A stretch of 64,000 nucleotides of DNA from assembly GCA_963698075.1 (NCBI GenBank), contig OY969116.1, positions 798,131 through 862,130 on the forward strand. The letters run 5' to 3'. A program made the translations under genes and the position numbers. The first letter of the stretch is position 1. Every line of letters begins with the position of its first letter. The DNA comes from an uncultured Candidatus Berkelbacteria bacterium (GTDB lineage Bacteria > Patescibacteriota > UBA1384 > UBA12157 > JAENIV01). Below the pieces are notes generated by a model, which saw only the letters and a list, made by a program, of their open reading frames with translations, had not been told where the DNA came from and made no database searches. Positions 7,393-17,099 of this stretch are shown here, piece by piece.

Positions 7393-8795
7393 AAGATGCT
7401 CTGATTTCCCCTCAGGAATTCAAGGCCAATCCGTATCTCGATCCGGACTGGGAGGAATCGACCGGACTGGGTTATCTCGGAGCCGTAGCCCAAGAAATGG
7501 GCCATGAGGTCAAGCTCTTTGTGCCAACTACCGAGACGCTGTCCGAACTCTGCCGCGAGGTGATCGCCTGGAAGCCGGATGTCGTCGGTCTGCAACTCTA
7601 CACCTGCCAAGTGCCTGACGGACTGGCGATGACCAAGAGAATCAGAAAGGCTTTGCCTAGCGCGCTTATCGTGGCCGGAGGGCCTCACCCGAGCGCCCTG
7701 CCGAATGTCATCTCTGAATCAGCTATTGACCTGGCCGTAATCGGTGAGGGCGAAGAGACCTGGCGCGAGATTCTAAGAGTCTGTGAGGCCGGAAGTCGGG
7801 ATTTCAGTCAGATTCAAGGGCTCGCTTACAAGGACAGGGGCGGAAGAGTAACTCGGACTGAGTCAAGACCAAGAATTGATGATCTCGGAAAGTTGCCCTC
7901 GTCACCAATGAGGATTGACCCGCGCCAGTTCCGATACCAGCCAGGCGATCCTTGCAGTCTCTACTATCCGGAACCCTCGAGAGTCATATGTATTTCGGAT
8001 GTGGCTGGTAGGGGTTGCACCCACAACTGTCGTTTCTGCAGTTCCCCGAAGCTCTGGGAACGTTGCTACAAGGTTCGTTCTTGTGGTGACGTAGCTGAGG
8101 AGAGCTTCGTTGGTCCCAAAGAGAAATGGGGAGTCAACCTAGTTTTCATGGAAGACCTGACATTTTCGCTGGCTCCAAAATGGGTTGAGTTGTTCTGCAA
8201 GCAGCTTCTCGTGCGGAAGATTAACATGAACTGGTGGTGCCAGACAACGGTGCGATCAGTCACGCCAGAACTTCTGGCGTTGATGCGAAAGGCTGGCTGC
8301 CGGACGGTCGCCTGGGGAATTGAAGCAACAGATGAAGCCAGCCAAAAGTGGATGGGCGAGAAGCAATCTCTAGAGGAGACGAGGTTGGTGCTAGATGCGG
8401 CGGCCAAGCTCGGCATCATCAACTGGGGCTACGTGGTATTTGCTTGGCCTACCCAGACGCTCGATGCGGTCTGGAGAAATGCGATGGAACTTCGAAAACT
8501 CAACCTCCACCGCATCCGGCTTTCAATCGCCACCCCATTGCCTGGTTCGGAATGGTTCGACGATTTCCATGCTGGTGAGCTCTCGACCGACTGGCGGCTC
8601 TTTGACACCGACCACCTCGTCTTTGACCACCCACACATCGGTCCAACCGAGATCCGTGAGGTCCGGGCCGAGATCTTCAGCCAGTTCTACTCGTCGAAGG
8701 CATATCGAGGGCGCGTCGAGCAGTTCGTGGCCCGTTTTCCGGAGCTCGAGCAGAGCTTCACCGAATTCTTCGCCTACACCATGAAGTTCGTGTAG
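7389..8795 (+). CDS. Cobalamin-binding radical SAM enzyme (class B methyltransferase-like)
   Basis: GLGYLGAV, PDVVGL, VAGGPHP and IGEGE B12-domain motifs; RGCTHNCRFC; SD AAGGAG before ATG 7389. Confidence 0.9.
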   Translation: MKDALISPQEFKANPYLDPDWEESTGLGYLGAVAQEMGHEVKLFVPTTETLSELCREVIAWKPDVVGLQLYTCQVPDGLAMTKRIRKALPSALIVAGGPHPSALPNVISESAIDLAVIGEGEETWREILRVCEAGSRDFSQIQGLAYKDRGGRVTRTESRPRIDDLGKLPSSPMRIDPRQFRYQPGDPCSLYYPEPSRVICISDVAGRGCTHNCRFCSSPKLWERCYKVRSCGDVAEESFVGPKEKWGVNLVFMEDLTFSLAPKWVELFCKQLLVRKINMNWWCQTTVRSVTPELLALMRKAGCRTVAWGIEATDEASQKWMGEKQSLEETRLVLDAAAKLGIINWGYVVFAWPTQTLDAVWRNAMELRKLNLHRIRLSIATPLPGSEWFDDFHAGELSTDWRLFDTDHLVFDHPHIGPTEIREVRAEIFSQFYSSKAYRGRVEQFVARFPELEQSFTEFFAYTMKFV

Positions 8796-8801
8796 GTTTG
8801 G

Positions 8802-8837
8802 GCCCCGTCTAGATGTTTAGACGGGGCTTCTTTTTTA
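8802..8837 (+). terminator. Rho-independent terminator
   Basis: gccccgtctaga/tttagacggggc stem followed by a T run. Confidence 0.85.
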
Positions 8838-8865
8838 ACTGAAGAATTGATAAGATAGAATTAGA

Positions 8866-9399
8866 ATGAAAGACCAATCTCAATTTACTTTTGAAGGTCA
8901 GCGGACGGATGAGGATGTGATTTTTGTTTTAAAACAACATCCCTGGGTACTTTCGAATGCTGGTTTTATCGGGGTTGTTTTGGTTATTGTGTTGATTTTA
9001 GCGATCTTATTTTGGGGTCTTTCGGCCATTACCAGCATCGTAATTATTTTGATCGTGCTCTTTGTTTTTGTCTATGGTGGCTATCGTTGGTTTTTATATA
9101 ATAATTCACTCTATATCTTAACCAATCAAAGAATGATTATCATGGAGCAGGCCAACCTTTTTTCTAGACGTTTAAATGAAACCGAATTAGATAAAATTCA
9201 AAATATGGTGGCCGAAATTAAAGGTCCAATTAAAACTTTCTTAAATTTCGGCAACATAAAAATTACCACCGCTGGCGTTGATCCGATCATCATAATTAAA
9301 AATGTCGAAAACCCTTACGAAGTTCAGCAGAAAATCATTAAATATAGTAAGAACATTCCTACGCTTTCATCACCGCCGAATAAAAATATTATTCGATAA
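8866..9399 (+). CDS. Bacterial PH-domain membrane protein
   Basis: Two TM helices followed by YILTNQR...LNFGNIKITTAG. Confidence 0.75.
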   Translation: MKDQSQFTFEGQRTDEDVIFVLKQHPWVLSNAGFIGVVLVIVLILAILFWGLSAITSIVIILIVLFVFVYGGYRWFLYNNSLYILTNQRMIIMEQANLFSRRLNETELDKIQNMVAEIKGPIKTFLNFGNIKITTAGVDPIIIIKNVENPYEVQQKIIKYSKNIPTLSSPPNKNIIR

Positions 9400-9400
9400 A

Positions 9401-9646
9401 TTAGAGTACTTTTTCGATCTCTTTCTCGTCGAAACCAATAATCACCTGCCTGCCGGCAGGCAGGCCTTGACGCTCGATCACAATTACTGGCACACCCATT
9501 TGACCGGAAAGCTTGACCATTTCCTCGGCTTTCTTTTGGTCACGAGAAACATTAATATCCTCAAATGGTAGTTTTTTGGAGCTGAAATATTCTTTGGCCA
9601 TCTGGCAATTGGGGCAAGTCGGGGTAGTATAAATAGTGATTTTCAT
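9401..9646 (-). CDS. Glutaredoxin/NrdH-like protein
   Basis: IYTTPTCPNC, GQMGVPVI and IIGFD; carries an in-frame palindrome (GLPAGRQ). Confidence 0.9.
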   Translation of the reverse strand: MKITIYTTPTCPNCQMAKEYFSSKKLPFEDINVSRDQKKAEEMVKLSGQMGVPVIVIERQGLPAGRQVIIGFDEKEIEKVL

Positions 9647-9725
9647 AATATTTTCAATTTCTAATTTTCAAAATTGAATCATTGAAAATTCAATGAAAAT
9701 TGAGAATTGATAATTGAAAATTAAA

Positions 9726-10064
9726 TTATTGGCTATTTTTATCGGCAAAGTCACCAATCAACGGCAGTTTATATCTTTCGCCATTGTAGGCTTTAACCAT
9801 CATCACCACAATCAAGACCACGTACAGCGGCCAGAGTAACCAACTAAAGAAGTTAATGACGGGGATAAAGCCCAAAACCAAGGTGATGATAAACCAGGCA
9901 ATCCCCAAAAATATCGATTGCAGCGCATGAAACTTAACGAACTTGTCTTTAGAAATCAAAAGAAAGACAAGCCCGACAATCCAAATGTAACAGAGCAACG
10001 CTGCTAATTTGGGGTCAATGCCCTCGGTGCCCCCATCGCCACCCCCTTGTTGTACTTCGGCCAT
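9726..10064 (-). CDS. DUF4870-like membrane protein
   Basis: AALLCY, FVKFHALQS and KAYNGERYKLPLIG; start at MAEVQQ after AGGAGG. Confidence 0.8.
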   Translation of the reverse strand: MAEVQQGGGDGGTEGIDPKLAALLCYIWIVGLVFLLISKDKFVKFHALQSIFLGIAWFIITLVLGFIPVINFFSWLLWPLYVVLIVVMMVKAYNGERYKLPLIGDFADKNSQ

Positions 10065-10133
10065 AAAAACCTCCTTTTTATACATTTTACCTATCCCCAT
10101 CATAACGAGGAAAGATTTATTTGTCAAACCCTT

Positions 10134-13100
10134 CTACTTTTCACAGGCGATATTGCGTTTGCCGACAATATTCGCCAATTTTTGAAGCATTAATTTATCG
10201 GCGGACACTTTAGTCTTGGTTTTAACTTCGCGAAAATTATCCACCGCATGCTTATGGGGGATTTTCAGCCACACCGGTAGTTCGCCAGGAAAACCCACGA
10301 GGACCTTTTTGATCTCCAGCAGCTTTTCTTTACCTACTCCATTGTTTAATGTGATCGTTAATTTTGGTTCCCCGCCTGCCGGCGAGGCAGGCCTTTTTTC
10401 GATTGTTTGTTGGACGGCCAATTCTTTAGCTTCCTCGGCAATAATTTTTAAGGCACCATCTTTGGTATTGGTTCTCCCTTCGACTAAAATAATGTTATCG
10501 ACTTGCCAAACAAAAGTGTCTTTTTTCAAGACTTTTGGAAAAACTAAGATCTCTGTTCGCGCCGAAGTATCTTCAACGGTGGCAAAAAGCATCGGTTCAT
10601 TAGAGCGAGTAATAATTTTGGAAATGGAGGTAATAATGCCGGCGACTTTGACTTTGGCGCCCGGCAAATTGCCGCTAATCTCTCCGATGGGGTTGGCAAA
10701 AGAAAGCAAGGTTTCCTCCATGCCTTTGAGGGGATGCTCGCTCACATACATGCCCAAGAGCTCTTTTTCCCAAGATAGTTTTTGTTTTTTCGTGGCGGGT
10801 TCAATCTTGATGAGTTCTAAACTCATAACTTGAATATCCGCTGTCCCAAAAAGTCCCATTTGGGCCGACGAGGTTTCTTTGCCTGACGAGCTCAAAAATT
10901 TCAAAATATTTTCCATACTGGCCAGAATTTCATTTCTTTCGCCAAACTTATCTAAAGCCCCAGCTTTAGTTAAAGCTTCAATGACTTTTTTGTTTAAATT
11001 TTTAGAGCCCAAACGTAAGAGAAAATCATCCAAATTTTTAAATAAGCCATTTTTTCTTTCTTCAACAATTGATTCTGCCACTCCCACCCCCACATTTTTA
11101 ATCGCCGCCAGGCCAAAGCGAATGTTTTGAGTGTCCCGGACAACCCCAAAATCAACAAAAGATTCATTAATATCTGGTGGCAAAACGGCGATTCCGAGGC
11201 GTTCGCATTCAGCAATCGCCACCGCGAGTTTTTCCAAATTGCTTTGCTCAGAGGTCATTAACGCTGCCATGTATTCGTAAGGATAATGAGTTTTCAAATA
11301 AGCGGTTTGGTAGGCAATTTTGGCGTAACAAGTAGCATGAGCGCGATTGAAACCGTATTCGGCGAAAGGCTCAATAAAGCGGAAAATTTTGGTGGCAATA
11401 GAGCGCGTCACCCCTTTTTTGACCGCCCCGGCAATGAATTTCATTTCCTGCTCCATTAAGAGTTTTTTGATTTTTTTGCCGACCGCCTTGCGTAAAATAT
11501 CGGCTTCACCTAAAGAAAAACCAGCAATCTCGCGGGCGATTTGGAGGACTTGTTCTTGATAAACAGCAATACCATAAGTTTCGGAGAGAATCGGCTCTAA
11601 TTTTGGATGTAGGTAGGTGACTTTTTTACGGCCGTGTTTGCCAGCAATATAGTCAGGGATAAGTTCCATTGGCCCGGGTCGGTAAAGCGATACCATGGCA
11701 ATAATATCTTCGAATTCAGAGGGCTTAAGTTCTTTGAGATACCTTTTCATGCCGTCAGATTCCAGCTGGAAAACACCGGTGGTCGCTGCCCGCGAAAGGA
11801 GGGCATAAGTTGGTTTGTCGTCTAATGGAAGGGTATCGATATCGACGTCGTGCGCGCGGGTTTTTCTCACGATCCGGATACAATTACCCATGATGGAAAG
11901 ATTCGCCAAACCCAGAATATCCATTTTAATTAGACCAATATCCTCGAGTTCGTTCATGGCATATTGGGTGATGATTTCATTGTTACCTCGAGGTGCAAAT
12001 TGCAAAGGCACATGGAGGACGAGCGGATCTCGGGAGATAACAATGCCGGCAGCGTGAGTTGAAGCGTGCCGCGCGACGCCTTCAAGACGCTGAGCCATAT
12101 CCAAGAGTCTTTTCACTTGTGTGTCTTTTTGGTAGAGATCTTTTAATTCATCAACCGCCTCAAGTGATTGGGCCAAGGTCAGGCCAAAAGGGATCAGTTT
12201 GGCAATTTTATCAACATCGGAATAACTCATTCCTAAGGCTCGGCCGGTATCGCGCACCGACCCGCGGGAAGCCATGGTGCCAAAAGTAATAATTTGGGCC
12301 ACATTTTCCGAACCGTATTTAGAAGAAATGTAGCGAAGGACTTCATCGCGCCGGTTATCGGCGAAATCGAGATCAATGTCCGGCGGGGCGATTCTTTCGG
12401 GATTTAAAAATCTTTCAAAGAGAAGGTTGTATTTGATCGGGTCAACATCGGTAATATTAAGGGCGTAGCTTACCAGAGACCCGGCGGCCGAACCTCGTCC
12501 CGGGCCAACCAAAATTCCATTGGTTTTGGCAAAGTTAACGTAATCGGCGACGATTAAAAGATAATCTTCAAAATGAGTTTTTTCGATTATCCCGAGCTCA
12601 AATTTGAGACGTTCTTTAAGCTCCGGGGCAACTTTGGGGTAGCGTTTTTTTAAACCCTCCCAAGCCAATCTTTCCAAAAAGGTTTTGGAGGTCTCGCCTG
12701 GGGGGAGGGAAAATTTAGGTAAAATCGGTTTGCCAAACTCAAGTTCTAAATTACACATTTTGGCAATCTTGGCGGTGTTGGCGACAATATCTTTGCCAAA
12801 TATTTTCGTCATTTCCTCCGGGGACCGCATTGATAGATTAGTCTCTTTTAAAGACATCCGTGTTTCATCATCAAAGTTTTTTCCTGTCTGAACGGCCAAT
12901 AAAACTTCATGTGGCTCGCGATCTTCGAGCTGAATATAATGTATGTCTGCCGTGCAAATAAGCGGAATTTTTAATTCTTCGCTTATCCTCCGAAGCCCTT
13001 TATTAACCTTGCTTTGTTCAGGCACTTCCGGATGGTCCTGGAGCTCTAAATAGAAATTGTCTTGGCCAAAAATTTCTTGATATTCTTTGGTGATCTTCAG

Positions 13101-13565
13101 AACTTTTTCCCAAGAAGAATTAATGATGGCTTGAGGAATCTCGCCAAAAAGACAAGCCGTCGAGGCAATTAAACCTTCAGAATGATTTCGTAATATTTCC
13201 TTATCAATTCTTGGTCGATAATAGTGACCGAGAAGATGGGCTTGGGTGATTAAATAAAGAAGATTTTGATAGCCGGTTTTGTTTTTGACTAATAAAATTA
13301 AATGGTAGGGATTAGCATCAATTTTCGGCTGTTTATCAGTCATTTGGCGCCGAGCGACATATGTTTCGACGCCAATAATGGGCTTGATGCCTTGGTTTTG
13401 ACATTCTTGATAAAAATCAATTACGCCATACATGGCGCCATGGTCAGTTAAAGCCAAAGCGTCCATGCCCAATTCCTTGGCGCGCGAAACCAGCTCGGGA
13501 ATTTTCCCGAGGCCGTCAAGAAGGGAATAATGAGAGTGGGTGTGTAAGTGGACAAAATTAGTCAT
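10134..13565 (-). CDS. dnaE: DNA polymerase III alpha subunit
   Basis: FVHLHTHSHYSLLDG PHP domain, GRGSAAGS, PPDIDLDF and a C-terminal OB fold. Confidence 0.98.
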   Translation of the reverse strand: MTNFVHLHTHSHYSLLDGLGKIPELVSRAKELGMDALALTDHGAMYGVIDFYQECQNQGIKPIIGVETYVARRQMTDKQPKIDANPYHLILLVKNKTGYQNLLYLITQAHLLGHYYRPRIDKEILRNHSEGLIASTACLFGEIPQAIINSSWEKVLKITKEYQEIFGQDNFYLELQDHPEVPEQSKVNKGLRRISEELKIPLICTADIHYIQLEDREPHEVLLAVQTGKNFDDETRMSLKETNLSMRSPEEMTKIFGKDIVANTAKIAKMCNLELEFGKPILPKFSLPPGETSKTFLERLAWEGLKKRYPKVAPELKERLKFELGIIEKTHFEDYLLIVADYVNFAKTNGILVGPGRGSAAGSLVSYALNITDVDPIKYNLLFERFLNPERIAPPDIDLDFADNRRDEVLRYISSKYGSENVAQIITFGTMASRGSVRDTGRALGMSYSDVDKIAKLIPFGLTLAQSLEAVDELKDLYQKDTQVKRLLDMAQRLEGVARHASTHAAGIVISRDPLVLHVPLQFAPRGNNEIITQYAMNELEDIGLIKMDILGLANLSIMGNCIRIVRKTRAHDVDIDTLPLDDKPTYALLSRAATTGVFQLESDGMKRYLKELKPSEFEDIIAMVSLYRPGPMELIPDYIAGKHGRKKVTYLHPKLEPILSETYGIAVYQEQVLQIAREIAGFSLGEADILRKAVGKKIKKLLMEQEMKFIAGAVKKGVTRSIATKIFRFIEPFAEYGFNRAHATCYAKIAYQTAYLKTHYPYEYMAALMTSEQSNLEKLAVAIAECERLGIAVLPPDINESFVDFGVVRDTQNIRFGLAAIKNVGVGVAESIVEERKNGLFKNLDDFLLRLGSKNLNKKVIEALTKAGALDKFGERNEILASMENILKFLSSSGKETSSAQMGLFGTADIQVMSLELIKIEPATKKQKLSWEKELLGMYVSEHPLKGMEETLLSFANPIGEISGNLPGAKVKVAGIITSISKIITRSNEPMLFATVEDTSARTEILVFPKVLKKDTFVWQVDNIILVEGRTNTKDGALKIIAEEAKELAVQQTIEKRPASPAGGEPKLTITLNNGVGKEKLLEIKKVLVGFPGELPVWLKIPHKHAVDNFREVKTKTKVSADKLMLQKLANIVGKRNIACEK

Positions 13566-13737
13566 CTTTTTGCGTTTTTATCTTAGCATAATCTTATTTA
13601 ATGTTAAAACTTAAATGGTAAATGTTAAAGCTTCAACTTCAATGAAAAAGTAAATCGCAATCTTGACATCCTTCCTGCTTTATGTTAATCTTTTATTGTT
13701 GTTTTAACTTTTGAGTTTTAAGCTTTGAGTTATTATC

Positions 13738-14010
13738 ATGGCTCACACAAAAGCTAAGGGAACCAGTAAATTAGGTAGAGATAGTCGTTCAAAACGCTTA
13801 GGCGTTAAAGTTTTCGGTGGTCAAAAAATCAATGCCGGTCAAATAATTATCCGCCAGCGCGGTTCTAAATATTATGCGGGGGCGGGAGTCGCTCGAGCGA
13901 ATGACGATACTTTATATGCCAAAAAAACAGGGGTGATACGCTTTGACAATCGTCTAAGCCGTCGTTTCAGCGGCCGACTGTCGGATAAAACCGTCGTTTC
14001 CGTGGCTTGA
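13738..14010 (+). CDS. rpmA: 50S ribosomal protein L27
   Basis: MAHTKAKG...GRDSRSKRLGVK...IIIRQRG. Confidence 0.97.
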   Translation: MAHTKAKGTSKLGRDSRSKRLGVKVFGGQKINAGQIIIRQRGSKYYAGAGVARANDDTLYAKKTGVIRFDNRLSRRFSGRLSDKTVVSVA

Positions 14011-14121
14011 GATTTCAAGAAAGTCTGGTGATCTGCCTGTCGGCAGACAGGTTTTCTTGAGGGCTCAAGCAGTACCTTGAACAACCGAATAGAGCTCCCA
14101 AATTCCTTGGCGAAGGGAGGG

Positions 14122-14289
14122 ATGCGTATCGAAGAGGTCACCGTCTTCTCCGAGAGGAGACCGGCGACATCATTAGTTCTAGTGTGTCAAAGGCCTTCTC
14201 CACACAGCAAACCCCGCAAGCCCAGGGGCGATGGGCTAGTCACAGTCAGGAGAGGCAGATGGAAGAAGGAGCCGATTCAGCCGAAGTGA
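14122..14289 (+). CDS. Possible small basic hypothetical protein
   Basis: GGGAGG directly before ATG 14122; no recognisable motif. Confidence 0.3.
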   Translation: MRIEEVTVFSERRPATSLVLVCQRPSPHSKPRKPRGDGLVTVRRGRWKKEPIQPK

Positions 14290-14633
14290 GGCCAGTGTGC
14301 CTCATGGTTGTCTCCGACAATGGCAATGGCCAGAAGCGCGTAGGCAAGGAAGCCGAGCCAACGTGCTTCAGTCGCGTCGTCTTTCCCCTGGGGGTCAAAA
14401 TGCAGTTTTCGCCAAGCGCGATCCCCCAACCGATCCGTTGCTGGACTGGTTTGGATCCAAGCGATCCATGCCAGAAAGGAGATCTCGTCGTTCCCCCTGA
14501 AGGCAGCGGAGTCCTCGCTTTCTCAAGTGAGGTCTCCGTGAACGTCGGTGATGAGTTCTGGCGCCAGGGCATCAGGCTGATGCCAGCCGATATCCAGGCC
14601 GCCAAGGCCTCAGGGGTGCAGTTCATCGAGTGA
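14259..14633 (+). CDS. Hypothetical protein in a GC-rich cassette
   Basis: AGGAGAGG SD, ATG 14259, followed by a strong terminator. Confidence 0.5.
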   Translation: MEEGADSAEVRPVCLMVVSDNGNGQKRVGKEAEPTCFSRVVFPLGVKMQFSPSAIPQPIRCWTGLDPSDPCQKGDLVVPPEGSGVLAFSSEVSVNVGDEFWRQGIRLMPADIQAAKASGVQFIE

Positions 14634-14655
14634 TGGACGCGTCGATCAGTCGGAT

Positions 14656-14692
14656 GGGCCGTCCCCCTGCGGGGGGACGGCCCAGTTTTTTT
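14656..14692 (+). terminator. Rho-independent terminator
   Basis: gggccgtccccc/gggggacggccc stem followed by a T run. Confidence 0.88.
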
Positions 14693-14743
14693 CTTCTAAA
14701 GCTTGAATAAACTTTAATTATATGATAAATTAAATCCGTTAAA

Positions 14744-15265
14744 ATGCTTTTACAAGATTTAACCCAACAATTTGGTAAGAAAAATATTCCGGAAATTCGA
14801 CCGGGAGATACTGTCCGCGTCTCTTTTAAAATTACTGAGGGTAGTAAAACTCGACTTCAGTCTTACGAAGGAATTTGTATTGCCAAAAAGCATGGGAACA
14901 GTTTGGATGGTAGCTTGACGTTGCGAAAGATTTCCGGCGGCATTGGTGTTGAAAGAAGTTTTCCTCTTCATTCCCCTTTAATCTCAAAAATTGAAAAAAT
15001 CAAATCTCGAAAAACTCGCCGCTCCAAACTTTATTTTATTAGAGATCTTGTTGGTAAAAAAGCCAAAAAAGCGCGCGAGCTCAAAGATTATAAAATGTGG
15101 GAAGAAGCTCTTTCTGAGGAAGAGATCGCTCAAATTGAGGAAGAAAAACATCAAGCGGCTCTCAGGAAAGAAGCTGCCAAAGAAAAAGAAAAAGCTGAAT
15201 TAGAAAAGAAATTTGAAGCCGCCGCCGCCGCCCACGAAGAAGTCAAATCCCAAGAAAAAAAGTAA
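14744..15265 (+). CDS. rplS: 50S ribosomal protein L19 with a charged C-terminal extension
   Basis: PEIRPGDTVRV, GIGVERSFPLHSP and RRSKLYF. Confidence 0.96.
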   Translation: MLLQDLTQQFGKKNIPEIRPGDTVRVSFKITEGSKTRLQSYEGICIAKKHGNSLDGSLTLRKISGGIGVERSFPLHSPLISKIEKIKSRKTRRSKLYFIRDLVGKKAKKARELKDYKMWEEALSEEEIAQIEEEKHQAALRKEAAKEKEKAELEKKFEAAAAAHEEVKSQEKK

Positions 15266-15276
15266 AATATATTCCT

Positions 15277-15621
15277 ATGAAAGATGCTCGGCAAGAGCTC
15301 GGCAACATAGGCGAAGATCAAGCACTCCAATATTTGAAAAACAAGGGTTATGTTTTAATCGGCCGCAATCTTCGTCTTTTTTGTGGCGAAATCGATCTTT
15401 TAATGCGGGATAAAAAGGATTTGGTAATTGTTGAAGTTAAAACCAAATCGAGCAAAGATTTTGGTTTGGCCGCCGATATGATAACATATAAAAAGAAAAG
15501 GAAACTTTTGCAACTTGCCAAAGCCTTGTGGCAAAAATTTCCTAAAAAAAAGATTAGAATCGATGTTGTCGCCCTTGATGAGGAAAAAATCGCCCACATT
15601 ATTTCTGCGGTAGAGGAATAA
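15277..15621 (+). CDS. yraN: YraN/UPF0102 family nuclease-like protein
   Basis: LGNIGEDQA...GEIDL...VEVKT...RIDVV. Confidence 0.88.
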   Translation: MKDARQELGNIGEDQALQYLKNKGYVLIGRNLRLFCGEIDLLMRDKKDLVIVEVKTKSSKDFGLAADMITYKKKRKLLQLAKALWQKFPKKKIRIDVVALDEEKIAHIISAVEE

Positions 15622-15639
15622 TTCGTAGGAAAAAATATT

Positions 15640-17097
15640 ATGGATGAAATTAGAACAAGAATCGCGCCTTCACCAACCGGCCCCTTGCATATTGGCACGG
15701 CCCACACATCTTTGTTTAATTGGCTTTTTGCGCGGCAAAAAGGGGGGAAGTTTATTTTAAGAATTGAAGACACCGACAAAACGCGTTCCAAGGACGAGTT
15801 TGTTGTTGATATTGTTGATGGCCTAACTTGGTTGGGCTTGGACTGGGACGAAGGTCCGGAAAGAAATGATGCTTATGGTCCTTATCGTCAGAGCCAGCGC
15901 CTCTCAATTTATAAAAAATACGCTGATGAGCTTCTTGGCGAAAAAAAGGCCTATTATTGTTATTGCACCGCTGAAGAATTAAAAAAGGAGCGCTCTGCCC
16001 AAGAAGCTAAAAAACAAGCACCAAAATATTCTGGTCGCTGCCGAAATCTTTCCCCGACCCAAATTGCTAAATGTCAAGCTGAGGGCCGTCGGCCATCGAT
16101 AAGATTTATTGTTGAACCTCAAAAAGTTAAATTTAAAGACTTAATCAAAGGCGAATTGGATTTTGACGCCGCTCTTTTTGGGGATTTCGTCATTTTAAAA
16201 TCCGATGGCGTACCCACTTTTATCTTTGCCGGGGTTATCGATGATTTTTTAATGAAGATTTCCCATGTGATTCGCGGCGAAGATCATCTTCCCAATACCC
16301 CGCGGCAAATTCTTCTCAGTCAAGCCCTCAATTTTACTATTCCCGAATATGGCCACCTGTCGCTTATTCTTAATCCTGATCGAACCAAGCTTTCCAAACG
16401 TAAAAATCCAACCTCTATCAAAAAAGATTTCCGCGCCCACGGATATTTACCCGAAGCCATGATTAATTTCCTTGCCTTAATGGGTTGGTCGCCTCACAGT
16501 GACTCCGCCAAAAAAGGAAACGAGATCTGGCCTCTAAGCGAGCTCGTTAACGAATTTAATTTAGCAGACGTTGGTTTGAGTCCTTCAATTTTTGACCAAA
16601 AGAAACTTGATTTTCTTAACGGGTATTATATACGCAAGATGACTGTCGGCGAATTAACCAAAGCCGCTGAACCTTTTCTACATTCCGCCGGACTCGATGA
16701 TGAGAAAGAGAAAATCTTGATCGCCCTTTCGCTTGTCCAGGAAAGAGTCAAGAAATTAGCGGAAATCCCCCAATTAATAGACTTCTTTTTCAAGCCCCCG
16801 ACTGATTTTAGTAACATTTTGGTTCAAGAAGGATCGACAAAAGAAAAGACAAAAGTCGCCCTTGAACAAGCCTTTAAATATTTAAGTCAAGAAGAAGATT
16901 TTGGCCGCGACTCTTTAGAGCAATTACTTCGGGCGGTGGCCCAAAAAAATAATCTGTCGGCTGGAGAAGTTCTTTGGCCGATAAGAGTCGCCCTAACTGG
17001 CAAAGAAGCCTCCCCTGGCGCCTTTGAAGTTTTGGAAGCCCTCGGTAAAGAAGAGAGTCTCGCGCGTATCCAAAAAGCCATCGATATGATAAGATAA
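15640..17097 (+). CDS. gltX: Glutamate-tRNA ligase
   Basis: RIAPSPTGPLHIG (HIGH) and KLSKR (KMSKS). Confidence 0.97.
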   Translation: MDEIRTRIAPSPTGPLHIGTAHTSLFNWLFARQKGGKFILRIEDTDKTRSKDEFVVDIVDGLTWLGLDWDEGPERNDAYGPYRQSQRLSIYKKYADELLGEKKAYYCYCTAEELKKERSAQEAKKQAPKYSGRCRNLSPTQIAKCQAEGRRPSIRFIVEPQKVKFKDLIKGELDFDAALFGDFVILKSDGVPTFIFAGVIDDFLMKISHVIRGEDHLPNTPRQILLSQALNFTIPEYGHLSLILNPDRTKLSKRKNPTSIKKDFRAHGYLPEAMINFLALMGWSPHSDSAKKGNEIWPLSELVNEFNLADVGLSPSIFDQKKLDFLNGYYIRKMTVGELTKAAEPFLHSAGLDDEKEKILIALSLVQERVKKLAEIPQLIDFFFKPPTDFSNILVQEGSTKEKTKVALEQAFKYLSQEEDFGRDSLEQLLRAVAQKNNLSAGEVLWPIRVALTGKEASPGAFEVLEALGKEESLARIQKAIDMIR

Positions 17098-17099
17098 AA

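Noticed and set aside
10134-13565. Intein in dnaE (dnaB also checked)
   Set aside because: Lengths are normal and no intein splice or LAGLIDADG motifs were seen
15090-15265. Charged C-terminal extension of L19 as a novel domain
   Set aside because: Low-complexity Glu/Lys/Ala tails on L19 are common and carry no distinct motif
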